From assembly GCA_963694265.1 (NCBI GenBank), contig CAVODA010000001.1, positions 1-45,205 on the forward strand: 45,205 nucleotides of DNA. Direction: 5' to 3'. Both the position numbers and the translations under genes were made by a program. Under the pieces are notes generated by a model that had not been told where the DNA came from, ran no database searches, and saw only the letters and a program-made list of their open reading frames with translations. The first letter of the stretch is position 1; each line of letters begins with the position of its first letter. Shown one piece after another: positions 7,167 through 16,763 of the stretch. The stretch is from Dehalococcoidia bacterium (GTDB taxonomy: Bacteria > Chloroflexota > Dehalococcoidia > Lucifugimonadales > UBA3495).

Positions 7167-8744
7167 ATGCGTCTTCACGATTTTCTTGATTTTCACGCTC
7201 GGGAGCGTCCGGACTCGGAATTTGCTGTTATTGGAGATCGAACGGTTACATATAGCGAGGCCAGCAAGCGGATTAACCAATTGGCCAACGCATTTACCAG
7301 TGCCGGTCTCAACAAAGGAGACCGAGTCGCCTTCCTTTCCAAAAACAGCATCGAATACATGTACATGTACTACGCAGGCGCCAGGTCAGGTGTGGTTCCC
7401 GTGCCACTGAACTATAGGCTGGCTCCAAATGAGTGGGCCTATATCATCAACGATTCACAGTCAAAAATGCTGATGGTGTCCAGTGAGTATCAGGAAAGCG
7501 TGGATGGTGTGTGGGAAGAACTTGAGGCTGTTGACCAATTCGTGTCGGTGGGTGCGTCTAACAGGGGGAATAGTTCCGAAGAATGGACGGATTTTGATAC
7601 TTGGGTCAATGCCCAATCAGATTCGGCACCTTTAGAGGAAATCTCAGCCAACGACGACATTTTCCAAATGTATACCAGCGGGACTACCGGGCACCCCAAA
7701 GGAGTCATTCTCACCCATGATTCTCTGACCTCTAACCTGGTACAGTTCGCCCCTGATATTCCCATGTCTCCGGGCCACCGGACATTGGTTGCCGCGCCTC
7801 TTTATCATATCGCCGGGGCATTCAACGGTTTTTATGCTTTATACCAAGGCGGCTGTCTGATAATTCACGAAATTTTCGACCCGGCTGAAGTCGTCAAAAC
7901 CCTGGACGAAGAAAAGATCAATTGGGCCATATTGGTTCCTGCGATTATCCAAGCTTGTTTGATCGCAGTTCCAGACGTTGATCAACGCAAATTCACTGAC
8001 CTTGAAATTATCGCCTACGGAGCGTCTCCCATCGCCGAGGAGACACTTTCCAGGGGTCTGGAGGTGTTCAACTGCGACTTTGTTCAGGTCTACGGCCAGA
8101 CCGAACTATCCCCAATCGCGACTATCATGACCTCAGCCGACCATCGCATGGCGTTGAACGGTCGACCGGAGTTGCTGCTCTCTGCGGGACGGGCGGCCCT
8201 GGGTACAGACCTGCGGATAGTAGATGAAGACGATAACCAGGTTCCCAACGGGACTATGGGAGCGATCTGTGTCCGAGGCCCTCAGATTATGAAGGCATAT
8301 TGGAACCTACCAGAGGCGACCGCAGAGATGATGCGTGGCGGCTGACTGCACAGCTGTGATGCCGGAACCCTTGATGATGAGGGTTATCTTTACGTCCAAG
8401 ACCGAGTCAAGGACATGATCGTGTCGGCCGGAGAAAACGTTTATCCCAGGGTGATAGAAGAAGTCCTATTCAAGCACCCGGCCGTCGCCGATGCGGCGGT
8501 TATTGGGATTCCAGACCCGCAGTGGGGTGAGGCAGTGAAAGCGGTGGTCCAATTGCGCGATGGCGCATCAGCCACCGAAAACGAACTCATACAACATTGC
8601 CGCGGCCAGGTGGGAGGCTTTGAGCTTCCCAAGTCGGTGGACTTCATCGCAACCCTGCCCAGAAACGGCTCAGGCAAGGTGCTCAAGCGGGAATTGCGAG
8701 AACCATACTGGGAGGGCCAAGGCCGCCGAGTAGCCGGTTCGTAA
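7167..8744 (+). pseudogene. AMP-forming acyl-CoA synthetase / fatty-acid-CoA ligase interrupted by a single in-frame TGA (8343-8345)
   Basis: ORFs 7110-8345 and 8415-8744 are in the same frame (1305 nt apart, which is 435 codons), and no other stop lies between them. Motifs present: YTSGTTGHPKGV, and then ...MMRGG[TGA]LHSCDAGTLDDEGYLYVQDRVKDMIVSAGENVYP. The likely start is the ATG at 7167 (MRLHDFLDFHAR), with SD GAGAGGG. Confidence 0.8.
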
Positions 8745-8767
8745 GATTGTGGTTGACTAGCCTTCCC

Positions 8768-10597
8768 CTACCTGGGGATGTTCTTCTCCACCCATTCCAG
8801 CTCTTCTTCGGCGGTGTCGAAGTATTCAAAGCGGTGGAACAACTTTGTTGGTCCCCTTGATGCGCCCAACGCCTGGCGTTCGGCGGTGGTGGCGCGCTCG
8901 TCGATAACCAACGTGTCTGGATCGATGACCACCCCGTACGACTCTAGAGCCGCTGCAACGCTGACAAAACCGTCTAGAACGTCGTTCAGGACGTTGTCTG
9001 TTTCCCTTTCCAGCGGGTCGCCCCATCCGCCGCCGCCGGCCGTGTAAACACGCACCAAGTCGCCCTTTTTCCAGATGTTGTCATCGGAAAAGGCCCGTAC
9101 CTCTTTTTCCTGCGGCGTTCCAGGGTTTTGAACCACCCTTGAGGTGCCGCCACCCATGCCGCCGTTCACACCCCAAGTTGGGAAGATGTTGTTCTCAACA
9201 CGTAGCCCAAAAGTGCCTTCATCGGCCAGGATTCGGACGTCGCGGATGATTCCGCAGCCGCCACGCAGCTTGCCGGGGCCGCCCGAGTCCATGGCGATGG
9301 CATAGCGTTCCATGCGCAGAGGGTACTCCATTTCCATGAACTCGCCGGGGTAGTTCTCGTTGTGTCGGCTGTAAATGGCGTCCAGGCCGTCGGCGAACGG
9401 TCGTGCCCCGTGGCCAACGGCGATGCCATCGGTACAAAGCAGCCAGTTATTGGTCTCTGAATCTTTCATGCGCCAGTAGGCGATTACGTAGACCGCTGAG
9501 CCCGCCATGACCTTGCCGTCGGTGGCCTCGGCCAGCAACGCCCGCACAGAACTCTTCAGTTTGGTGAAGGTGTGGGCACGGCAACCCAACGCAGCAGGCC
9601 AGTCTGGCTGGAGGATGCTGCCTTGGCGTAACTGAACATCGTCGATGGCTGAGACCAGGCCGTGGTTGGACAAAAGCGACGTATCGTACTGATGGAAATA
9701 TTGCCCAAAGTAGGCTGCTAAGGCACCATCGCTGGCCAAGAAGTTGATGGAACCATCTGCTTGATCGTCGCTGGCGGTGGCGTCCAGGGTAATCCGGTCG
9801 CCTTCTCGTGTCAGCTTCACGTGGTAGGAGTACCAACGGTCGCTGACCCCGGCGTGATCCATGTAATCCCTGACGCTGAAACTGCCCTGGGGGATGATTT
9901 CCCGAGATTTCTCCCGCACCATCTTGGCCGTGTCGACTTGGTCGGCGTCCAGCGCGGTCAGAGTGGTCTCCTTGCCAAAGCGCTCAAACATCTCCAGCAG
10001 GCGTTCTTGGGCGCGTTTGGCGGCGGCCATCAGGGCACGGGTGTCGCCTTCCAGCAGGTCGGGGTATCGGGAGTTTCTGAGGATAATCCGGTAGGCCTCG
10101 TCGTTCAGCTTACCCTGGTCGACGATCTTGATCGGTGGCACTAGCGTGCCGTCGTGGAATATCTCAGTGTTGGCCGGGCCAATGCTGCCAGGTCGAGAGC
10201 CGCCCAGATCCCAGAAGTGGGCGAACGAGTGGCAATAGGCCACCGGCTCACCCTCAAAGAACACCGGAGCCAAGAAAGTCATATCGGGAGTGTGGCTGAC
10301 GCTGCCCTTGGACATGTACGGGTCGTTGTACCAGTACAGGTCGCCGGGGGCCATGCCCTCCACTGGATAGAAGTCCCAGACACAACCGACCATATCACTG
10401 CCCATGGCGTCGCCAAACAACTCGTGTCCGTTGCGGTCCAGGAAATTAACCTGGTAGTCCTTCTTCTCGCGGATGAACGCAGACATGGCGGTGCGCTCGA
10501 TAAGCAGTTCACATTCCAGTCTGGCAGCCCGGAGCGAGCCTCGGATTAGCTGTCGTGTTACCGGGTCCACCACCAAATCGTTATCAGTAGTTGTCAT
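8768..10597 (-). CDS. hyuB: Hydantoinase B / 5-oxoprolinase / acetone-carboxylase-alpha family subunit
   Basis: 609-aa ORF with a family-typical N-terminus (DPVTRQLIRGSLRAARLECELLIERTAMSAFIREKKDY) and a Gly-rich catalytic region. It lies 24 bp downstream of the HyuA-type gene. Confidence 0.8.
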   Translation of the reverse strand: MTTTDNDLVVDPVTRQLIRGSLRAARLECELLIERTAMSAFIREKKDYQVNFLDRNGHELFGDAMGSDMVGCVWDFYPVEGMAPGDLYWYNDPYMSKGSVSHTPDMTFLAPVFFEGEPVAYCHSFAHFWDLGGSRPGSIGPANTEIFHDGTLVPPIKIVDQGKLNDEAYRIILRNSRYPDLLEGDTRALMAAAKRAQERLLEMFERFGKETTLTALDADQVDTAKMVREKSREIIPQGSFSVRDYMDHAGVSDRWYSYHVKLTREGDRITLDATASDDQADGSINFLASDGALAAYFGQYFHQYDTSLLSNHGLVSAIDDVQLRQGSILQPDWPAALGCRAHTFTKLKSSVRALLAEATDGKVMAGSAVYVIAYWRMKDSETNNWLLCTDGIAVGHGARPFADGLDAIYSRHNENYPGEFMEMEYPLRMERYAIAMDSGGPGKLRGGCGIIRDVRILADEGTFGLRVENNIFPTWGVNGGMGGGTSRVVQNPGTPQEKEVRAFSDDNIWKKGDLVRVYTAGGGGWGDPLERETDNVLNDVLDGFVSVAAALESYGVVIDPDTLVIDERATTAERQALGASRGPTKLFHRFEYFDTAEEELEWVEKNIPR

Positions 10598-10621
10598 GAG
10601 GTTCTTGGTCCTAAGAAATTA

Positions 10622-12679
10622 TTACTTGGTTGGCCGCATGATGCAGTTGCCGTATTCGTCGATCTTTCCGGCCCAGCCTGGGTTGATCAGGACCGTCGAG
10701 TCCATGCCCTCTAGGATTGCGGGGCCGTTGATGCTGGAACCGGGTGCCAGCCGGTCGAAATGGAAGATGTTGCAATCGACGAAGCCACCGGCCTCATCGA
10801 AGAACACCGGACGCTGGCTGGCGATGGCTTTTTCAGGAGCGACCAGGTTGTCGGGACGCTTGGGCATTTCCACCGATCCCACATCTCCGGAGGCCGTCAT
10901 TCGGAGCGTCACAAACTCCACTGGCTGGTCCAATGAGAACCCATAAAGCTGTTCGTGGTGGGCGTGGAATCCCTTAACCACCTCGTCGATTGTCTCTTTG
11001 GTTACTTTTTTCGAGCCAAAATCGACAGTCACCTCAGAGCCTTGATGCTCGTAGCGGACATCGGCCCACCGGGAGAATACGTGCGCATCTGCAGGCACGG
11101 CCTCTTCAGTCAGCCAGGCGCGCCCTTCCGACTCCATCTCCGAGTAGATCCGCTCCATGCCCTCCGGGTCGTAGTCCGGCGGCGTTTGCAGGGACGTTCT
11201 GGCGTAGTCGTTCTTCAACTCAGCCACCAATAATCCGTAGGCCGAGGCGATTCCCGGATGCAGCGGGGCCACCACTTGGTTGATGCCCAGCAGGTTGGCC
11301 ACGTCGATGGCATGCATCGGACCGGCCCCACCGTAGGCGACCAGGGCAAACTCGCGAGGGTCGTGGCCCCGTTCTACGCTGACGTTGCGGATAGCGCCGA
11401 CCATGGTGTTGTTGGCGATACTCAGGATGCCGCTGGCCGCTGCGTGCACATCCATGTTCAACGGGTCGGCGATCTTCTCTTGGACGACCTTGGCCGCGGC
11501 GTCGGCATCCAATGGGAGTGACCCTCCGGCGATTTGAGTGTTGATACGACCCAAGACTATGTTGGCGTCGGTTACTGTTGGCGCAGTGCCGCCCTTGCCG
11601 TAGCACACGGGCCCAGGCACCGAACCGGCGCTGGCCGGGCCAACAGTGAGACTGCCGTAGGGCGAGACGTTGGCAATGCTACCGCCACCACAGCCAATGG
11701 TTGCGATGTCCAGCATGGGTAGTTGGATGGGCCAGGTGCCCAGCCGCCCTGCCAAGTTCAAGGTGGGGTTGCCGTCCTGCAGTAGCGCAACGTCGGTGCT
11801 GGTGCCGCCCATATCAAACGAAATTGAATTCTTTACGCCGGTATTCTCAGCTATCTGCAGGGTGGCCATAACACCGGCGGCGGGGCCGGAAAGGGCGGTG
11901 TGGACTGGCTGCCGCATGGCAACTTCGGCGCCGATCATGCCGCCGTTGGATTTCATGATGGAGAAAGACGAGTCGACGGCGTTGGCTCGCAGGGAGTTCT
12001 CCAGATTGCCAATGTAGCTGCTCACCCTGGGCATAACGTAGGCGTTTAACACCGTGGTCATGGTGCGCTCGTATTCCCGGAAAACGGCCAGCACTTCGGA
12101 TGACAGAGACACCTGGGCGCTGGGGTACTCCTCCAGAATAAGTTCCCTGGCCCGGTTCTCGTGGTCCGAGTTGGAATAAGAATGGATAAAGGAAACGGCG
12201 ATGGACGTAATCTCGTCGGCCCGAAATTTGCGGGCGGCGTCGCGGACGGCTTGTTCGTTCAGCGGAGTCAGTATCTCGCCGCCGAACCCGGCCCGTTCTG
12301 GCACCTCGACGATGTCTCGGGGGCGAACCGGGCGGTCTGGCTTGACCCATGACTGCGGGTTAACCTGCCTGGGAGTGCCGTGGCGGCCAATCTCAAGCAC
12401 GTATTTAAACCCGTCTGATACAACGAGACCTACCGGAGAGCCCTTGTTTTCCAGGATGGCGTTGGTGGCGATGGTTGTGCCGTGGAAAACGTGCTTGACC
12501 TGAGATGCCTCAACGGAGTTTGCGGCGAGTACCTCGCGGAGGCCGGTCAGAAATCCGGTGCTAGGGTCGTCCGGGGTGGATGGTGTCTTGTGAACCATCT
12601 GCTCGTTGGTGGTCAGGTTGCAGAGAACGATGTCGGTGAAGGTCCCGCCCACGTCCACTGCAACGGAATAGTCGTCCAT
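10622..12679 (-). CDS. hyuA: Hydantoinase A / 5-oxoprolinase family subunit (ATP-dependent, actin-like fold)
   Basis: 685 aa. The N-terminus VAVDVGGTFTDIV and the motif DMGGTSTDV are hallmark phosphate-binding motifs of Hydantoinase_A. Confidence 0.85.
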   Translation of the reverse strand: MDDYSVAVDVGGTFTDIVLCNLTTNEQMVHKTPSTPDDPSTGFLTGLREVLAANSVEASQVKHVFHGTTIATNAILENKGSPVGLVVSDGFKYVLEIGRHGTPRQVNPQSWVKPDRPVRPRDIVEVPERAGFGGEILTPLNEQAVRDAARKFRADEITSIAVSFIHSYSNSDHENRARELILEEYPSAQVSLSSEVLAVFREYERTMTTVLNAYVMPRVSSYIGNLENSLRANAVDSSFSIMKSNGGMIGAEVAMRQPVHTALSGPAAGVMATLQIAENTGVKNSISFDMGGTSTDVALLQDGNPTLNLAGRLGTWPIQLPMLDIATIGCGGGSIANVSPYGSLTVGPASAGSVPGPVCYGKGGTAPTVTDANIVLGRINTQIAGGSLPLDADAAAKVVQEKIADPLNMDVHAAASGILSIANNTMVGAIRNVSVERGHDPREFALVAYGGAGPMHAIDVANLLGINQVVAPLHPGIASAYGLLVAELKNDYARTSLQTPPDYDPEGMERIYSEMESEGRAWLTEEAVPADAHVFSRWADVRYEHQGSEVTVDFGSKKVTKETIDEVVKGFHAHHEQLYGFSLDQPVEFVTLRMTASGDVGSVEMPKRPDNLVAPEKAIASQRPVFFDEAGGFVDCNIFHFDRLAPGSSINGPAILEGMDSTVLINPGWAGKIDEYGNCIMRPTK

Positions 12680-12776
12680 ATTCTTGTCTAGTCCTAGTGT
12701 TTAGTTCTAGTGCAATCACGATTCAGAGGCCATTCTAACAAAGGTCAATATTCGGCGCGCGGGTGCCCTTGTTTCG

Positions 12777-12806
12777 TTGACAGCCTTTACCAACCGTGAC
12801 TACACT
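12777..12806 (+). promoter_or_regulatory. Candidate sigma-70 promoter for the molybdoenzyme operon (-35 TTGACA, 18-bp spacer, -10 TACACT)
   Basis: A perfect TTGACA lies at 12777-12782 and TACACT at 12801-12806, about 38 bp upstream of the ATG at 12844. Confidence 0.45.
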
Positions 12807-12843
12807 CACCCGGAATGACATAATCCCTGAAAGAGAATAAAAA

Positions 12844-13767
12844 ATGAAACGATTTGAATATTTGGAAGCTAGGACGGTGCGTCAAGCCATCTCCATGCTC
12901 CAGCGTCACGGCGAGAACTCCCTCACCGTGGCTGGGAGCACCGATTTCCTGGTGCGTTGGCGGGCTGGCGTTTGGAACCCTGATTATGTGATCAACATCC
13001 AGCGGGTGGCTGGTCTGAGCCGGATCACCTACAGCGCCCGCAACGGCTTGCGCATTGGCGCTTTGGTCACGATTCGCGCTATTGAACAACACGCGGCGGT
13101 GCGTCGGCACTACCCCGCCCTGGCGGCGGCTGCGGCGTCCTTCGCTGGCGTGCAGGTGCGTAACCTGGCGACCGTAGGCGGGAATATCTGCAACGCCTCG
13201 CCCTCCGGAGACACCATTCCGGCGCTGCTGGTGTTTGGCTCCGAGTGCAAGATCGTTGGCGCGGACGGCGAACGAGTGGTTGCACTGGACAAATTCTTCA
13301 CCGGCCCCGGCCAAACGGTTCTAGAACACGGTGAACTGCTGACCGAAATCCGAGTTCCGGTGCCCGCCAGAAACACCGGCTCACACTACATCAAACACAG
13401 CCCCAGAGGAGCCATGGACATCGCGACCGTTGGCGTGGCCTCATTGGTTTCCCTGGACGGACGTGGAGGCCCCTGCTCGGAGGCGCGCATCGCTCTGGGC
13501 GCGGTGGCTCCGACTCCCATCCGTGCCTACTCCGCCGAGGACTCGCTGCGGGGCCAGGCTTTAACTCAGGACTTATTAATCGCTGCCGCCAATATTGCCC
13601 GAAACGGCGTCAGACCCATTGACGATATCCGTGGCTCAGCCGAGCACCGCAAAGAAATAGTGGGCGTGCTGACCCGCCGGACGCTGGAGCAGGCCTTCAA
13701 CGCGGCCGCCAGCGGACCTTTGACCTTTAACGAACAAAGGAGGCTAACGGTACAGGCCGCTTTCTAA
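12844..13767 (+). CDS. Xanthine-dehydrogenase-family FAD-binding (medium, CoxM-like) subunit
   Basis: The sequence FEYLEARTVRQAISMLQRHGENSLTVAGSTDFLV...GNICNASPSGD...IDDIRGSAEHR is typical of FAD_binding_5 plus CO_deh_flav_C. Confidence 0.85.
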   Translation: MKRFEYLEARTVRQAISMLQRHGENSLTVAGSTDFLVRWRAGVWNPDYVINIQRVAGLSRITYSARNGLRIGALVTIRAIEQHAAVRRHYPALAAAAASFAGVQVRNLATVGGNICNASPSGDTIPALLVFGSECKIVGADGERVVALDKFFTGPGQTVLEHGELLTEIRVPVPARNTGSHYIKHSPRGAMDIATVGVASLVSLDGRGGPCSEARIALGAVAPTPIRAYSAEDSLRGQALTQDLLIAAANIARNGVRPIDDIRGSAEHRKEIVGVLTRRTLEQAFNAAASGPLTFNEQRRLTVQAAF

Positions 13768-13804
13768 GGCGGGTTCTACCGGGATGATAATCGGGAACAT
13801 AATT

Positions 13805-14296
13805 ATGAAAAAACAACTACAAATTACAGTTAATGGTGAACTTAGACAGGCTCTGGTAGAGCCGTATTACTCCCTGCTGGACACACTGCGGGACGAGATG
13901 CAACTGACCGGCACCAAGAAGGGCTGCGACGAGGGCGACTGCGGAGCCTGCACGGTGCTGCTGAACGGCAAACCGGTCTGCTCCTGTTTGGTGCTGGCCC
14001 ACGCCGCCCACGACGCGGAGGTCACAACAATTGAGGGTGTGGCCAACGGATTGGAACTGCATCCGGTGCAGAAGGCCTTTGTTGAGCACGGTGGCCTCCA
14101 GTGTGGCTACTGCACCCCGGGAATCATCCTCTCCACCGTGGGGTTCCTGGAGAGCGGCGAAGAACCGTCAGAAGAGAACATTAAACACGCTTTGGGCGGC
14201 AACCTGTGTCGGTGTACCGGGTACACCAAAGTCATTGAATCGGTATTGGTGGCCGTCAAAGCGACAAATACCGCCAGCCAAGCGGCGAGGGAATAA
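13805..14296 (+). CDS. Xanthine-dehydrogenase-family [2Fe-2S] (small, CoxS-like) subunit
   Basis: Cys motifs CDEGDCGACTV, CSC, QCGYCTPG and CRCTGY are present. The start was chosen at ATG 13805 (MKKQLQITVNG). Confidence 0.9.
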   Translation: MKKQLQITVNGELRQALVEPYYSLLDTLRDEMQLTGTKKGCDEGDCGACTVLLNGKPVCSCLVLAHAAHDAEVTTIEGVANGLELHPVQKAFVEHGGLQCGYCTPGIILSTVGFLESGEEPSEENIKHALGGNLCRCTGYTKVIESVLVAVKATNTASQAARE

Positions 14297-14298
14297 CG

Positions 14299-16578
14299 AT
14301 GGCTGAATCTGAATTTAGCGTGATCGGTAAAAATTCCATCCGTGTGGATGCCATGGAAAAGGTAACTGGCCGGGCCACCTATGCCGGTGATGTCTACCTG
14401 CCCGGCATGCTCATGTGCAAAATCATGACCAGCACCCGCAGCCACGCTAAGATTGTGAGCATTGACACAACGGCGGCCGAGGCTCTGCCCGGTGTGCGCT
14501 GCGTCATCACCGGAAGCGACTATCCGGACGTCCGATTCGGCTCCGGAGCATTAAAAGACCGGCGGATTATGGCCCGCGAAGAGGTCTTTTACATCGGTGA
14601 ACCCGTGGCCGCTATAGCAGCGGATGACGAAATTACCGCCCTGGAAGCCATCGGCCTGATTGAGATCAAATACGAAGACATCAAACACGTAGTTGACCCT
14701 CTGCAAGCCATCTACGGTAGCTCCGTGGACGTCCACTCCGACCTGGAAGACTTTGAAGGCTTCGGTTTTGCTCTGGGCGGGAATAACTGCACCATGTTGG
14801 ACTCCGACCGGGGTGACGTGGAACAGGGCTTCAAAGATTCAGACGTAATCATTGAGGAGACCTACCACACCCAGCCCATCAGCCAGGGTTTCTTGGAGCC
14901 CATGGCCTGTGTGGCCGATGTTGAAGCCAATGGCCGTTTGGACATTTATGCCTCGACTCAAGGCCCGTATCAGGTCCGCTCCCAACTTGCCTCTGTATTA
15001 GAGATGTCCATCAGCAACATCAAGGTCACAGCGATGGAGATGGGCGGCGGGTTCGGCGCAAAACTTCGCCTGGCCCTCGAAGGTTTTCCCGCGATGCTGT
15101 CCATCAAGACTGGCAAACCAGTCAAGCTGGTCTGCACTCGCGAAGAGGCCTTCACGCTGAACGGCCCACGACTCGAGACAAATATTTATCTCAAAACAGG
15201 GGTTACCAACGACGGCAAGATACTGGCCCGTGAAGCCAGGAGCGTCTTTGATGTCGGTGCCTATCTGGGCGCTGGCCCCAATGCCGGGGTTGGTCACGGT
15301 CTGGGTGCCTACAACATCCCCAACTTCAAGCTGCGCAGCTATGGTGTCTATACCAACAAGCTCTACGTTGGTTCCTACCGGGCCTCGGGCGTGGCTGATA
15401 TGAACTTTGCCACTGAGTCCCACACGGACGTAATTGCCCATAAACTGGGCCTAGACCCCATGGAATTCCGAATCAAGAACGCGTTGAGCGAAGGTGACAC
15501 TGCAGTCAACGGCTCAACCATCCCGGTCAACGGTCTCATGGAGACGATATTGGCCGTCAAAGAACGGATGGGCCTGCCCAAGAAAATGGAAGAGGGCCGG
15601 GGCGTGGGCATCGCGGTCGGCGAATGGCGTAGCGGCAGTGGCCCGTCCACCGCCTCCATTAGCGTCAACGAAGACGGCACCGTCAGCCTGCTCACCGGAT
15701 CGGTGGACATCTCCGGCAGTGATACATCCCTGGCCCAGATTGCTGCCGAATCGCTGGGTTTGCGCTTGGAACAGGTGGTGGTTGCCAAACGAAACACCGA
15801 CATGGCCCCCTTCACCGGCCCCAGTGGTGGTAGTCGTATCGTCTACAGCCAGGGTCGCGCCGTGCAGAATGCCGCTGAAGATACCAAGGCCAAGCTAATG
15901 GATCTGGCGGCTGATCGTTTGGGAGTCCCGGCCGACGCCTTGGAGTGCGCTGGCGGCTCTGTGTACGTTCAAGACAACCCGCCCCAGTCTCTGGACCTAG
16001 GTCAATTGGCCCGGATGAGCCTCACATCTCGAGGTGGGCCAATCATTGGGACCGCATCCCTGTCTAGCCTGCCATACGCGCCGGTGTTCAATGCCCAGGC
16101 CGCAGAGGTGATAGTTGACCGGGAGACCGGACAAGTACGGGTGACACGGTTTGTGCAGGCCCAGGACATTGGCAAGGCAATTAACCCGATGGGTGTGGAA
16201 GGCCAGTTGGAAGGCGGCGCGGTGCAGGGAATCGGTCGCGCGCTCAGTGAAGAGATTTTGATAGACAAAGAGACCGGGAAGGTCAGGAACCCGTCTTTGG
16301 CAACCTACCTAATGCCTTTGTCCGTGGATATGCCCGACATCGAGAATATTCTGGTGGAGGTGCCCAGCGCTGACGGGCCGTTTGGCGCGCGTGCGGTGGC
16401 GGAATCACCAGGGTTTGGCCCGCCGGCGGCTATTGCCAACGCCATCTTTGATGCGGTGGGTGTAAGGATCAAAACCCTTCCTCTGTCGGCGGAACGGGTC
16501 CTGGCCGCAATCCAAGGCCGAGATGCCGATGAGTACACGGTGGACGCCGAAGCGTTGCGGGCGGCTGAGTCAGCCTAG
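14299..16578 (+). CDS. Xanthine-dehydrogenase-family molybdopterin-binding (large, CoxL-like) subunit; not a form-I CO dehydrogenase
   Basis: 759 aa with an N-terminal Ald_Xan_dh_C-type region (RVDAMEKVTGRATYAGD). The active-site region reads GSYRASG, not the VAYRCSFR loop of form-I CODH. The start lies 2 nt after the small-subunit stop and has a GAGGGA SD. Confidence 0.85.
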   Translation: MAESEFSVIGKNSIRVDAMEKVTGRATYAGDVYLPGMLMCKIMTSTRSHAKIVSIDTTAAEALPGVRCVITGSDYPDVRFGSGALKDRRIMAREEVFYIGEPVAAIAADDEITALEAIGLIEIKYEDIKHVVDPLQAIYGSSVDVHSDLEDFEGFGFALGGNNCTMLDSDRGDVEQGFKDSDVIIEETYHTQPISQGFLEPMACVADVEANGRLDIYASTQGPYQVRSQLASVLEMSISNIKVTAMEMGGGFGAKLRLALEGFPAMLSIKTGKPVKLVCTREEAFTLNGPRLETNIYLKTGVTNDGKILAREARSVFDVGAYLGAGPNAGVGHGLGAYNIPNFKLRSYGVYTNKLYVGSYRASGVADMNFATESHTDVIAHKLGLDPMEFRIKNALSEGDTAVNGSTIPVNGLMETILAVKERMGLPKKMEEGRGVGIAVGEWRSGSGPSTASISVNEDGTVSLLTGSVDISGSDTSLAQIAAESLGLRLEQVVVAKRNTDMAPFTGPSGGSRIVYSQGRAVQNAAEDTKAKLMDLAADRLGVPADALECAGGSVYVQDNPPQSLDLGQLARMSLTSRGGPIIGTASLSSLPYAPVFNAQAAEVIVDRETGQVRVTRFVQAQDIGKAINPMGVEGQLEGGAVQGIGRALSEEILIDKETGKVRNPSLATYLMPLSVDMPDIENILVEVPSADGPFGARAVAESPGFGPPAAIANAIFDAVGVRIKTLPLSAERVLAAIQGRDADEYTVDAEALRAAESA

Positions 16579-16668
16579 GCTGGAACTTGGGCGGACTTCA
16601 ACTCAGGAATTCGGATCTCGCGCAACATAGAACAGAATTCTCAGTCCGGAGACGCACTCCCGCCAAAT

Positions 16669-16744
16669 GTCACCCTGAGCATGCCGAAGGGTCTGGCAAA
16701 TTTCGGTCTGGAAGATCCTTTGTCGCTTCACTCCTCAGGATGAC
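16669..16744. repeat. REP-like long imperfect hairpin element (single copy in the window)
   Basis: The outer arms GTCACCCTGAG (16669-16679) and CTCAGGATGAC (16734-16744) match 10/11. The inner arms GCCGAAGGGTCT / AGATCCTTTGTCGC are imperfect. The element lies in the convergent intergenic region after the large-subunit gene. Confidence 0.6.
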
Positions 16745-16763
16745 AGTCTATGGGAATGACATT

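Noticed and set aside
8343-8345. Selenocysteine (TGA) or pyrrolysine (TAG) insertion at the in-frame stops
   Set aside because: The acyl-CoA synthetase TGA aligns with a structural Trp, not a redox Cys. The other proteins (an MFS TM helix, a lipoprotein linker, DUF2851) are not known Sec/Pyl contexts. I see only short 6-bp hairpins downstream, not a convincing bacterial SECIS. No sel or pyl genes are in the window. This cannot be fully excluded without the whole genome.
14299-16578. Aerobic carbon-monoxide dehydrogenase (coxMSL), suggested by the M-S-L gene order
   Set aside because: The large subunit shows GSYRASG where form-I CODH has the VAYRCSFR active-site loop. It is better treated as a generic xanthine-dehydrogenase-family hydroxylase.
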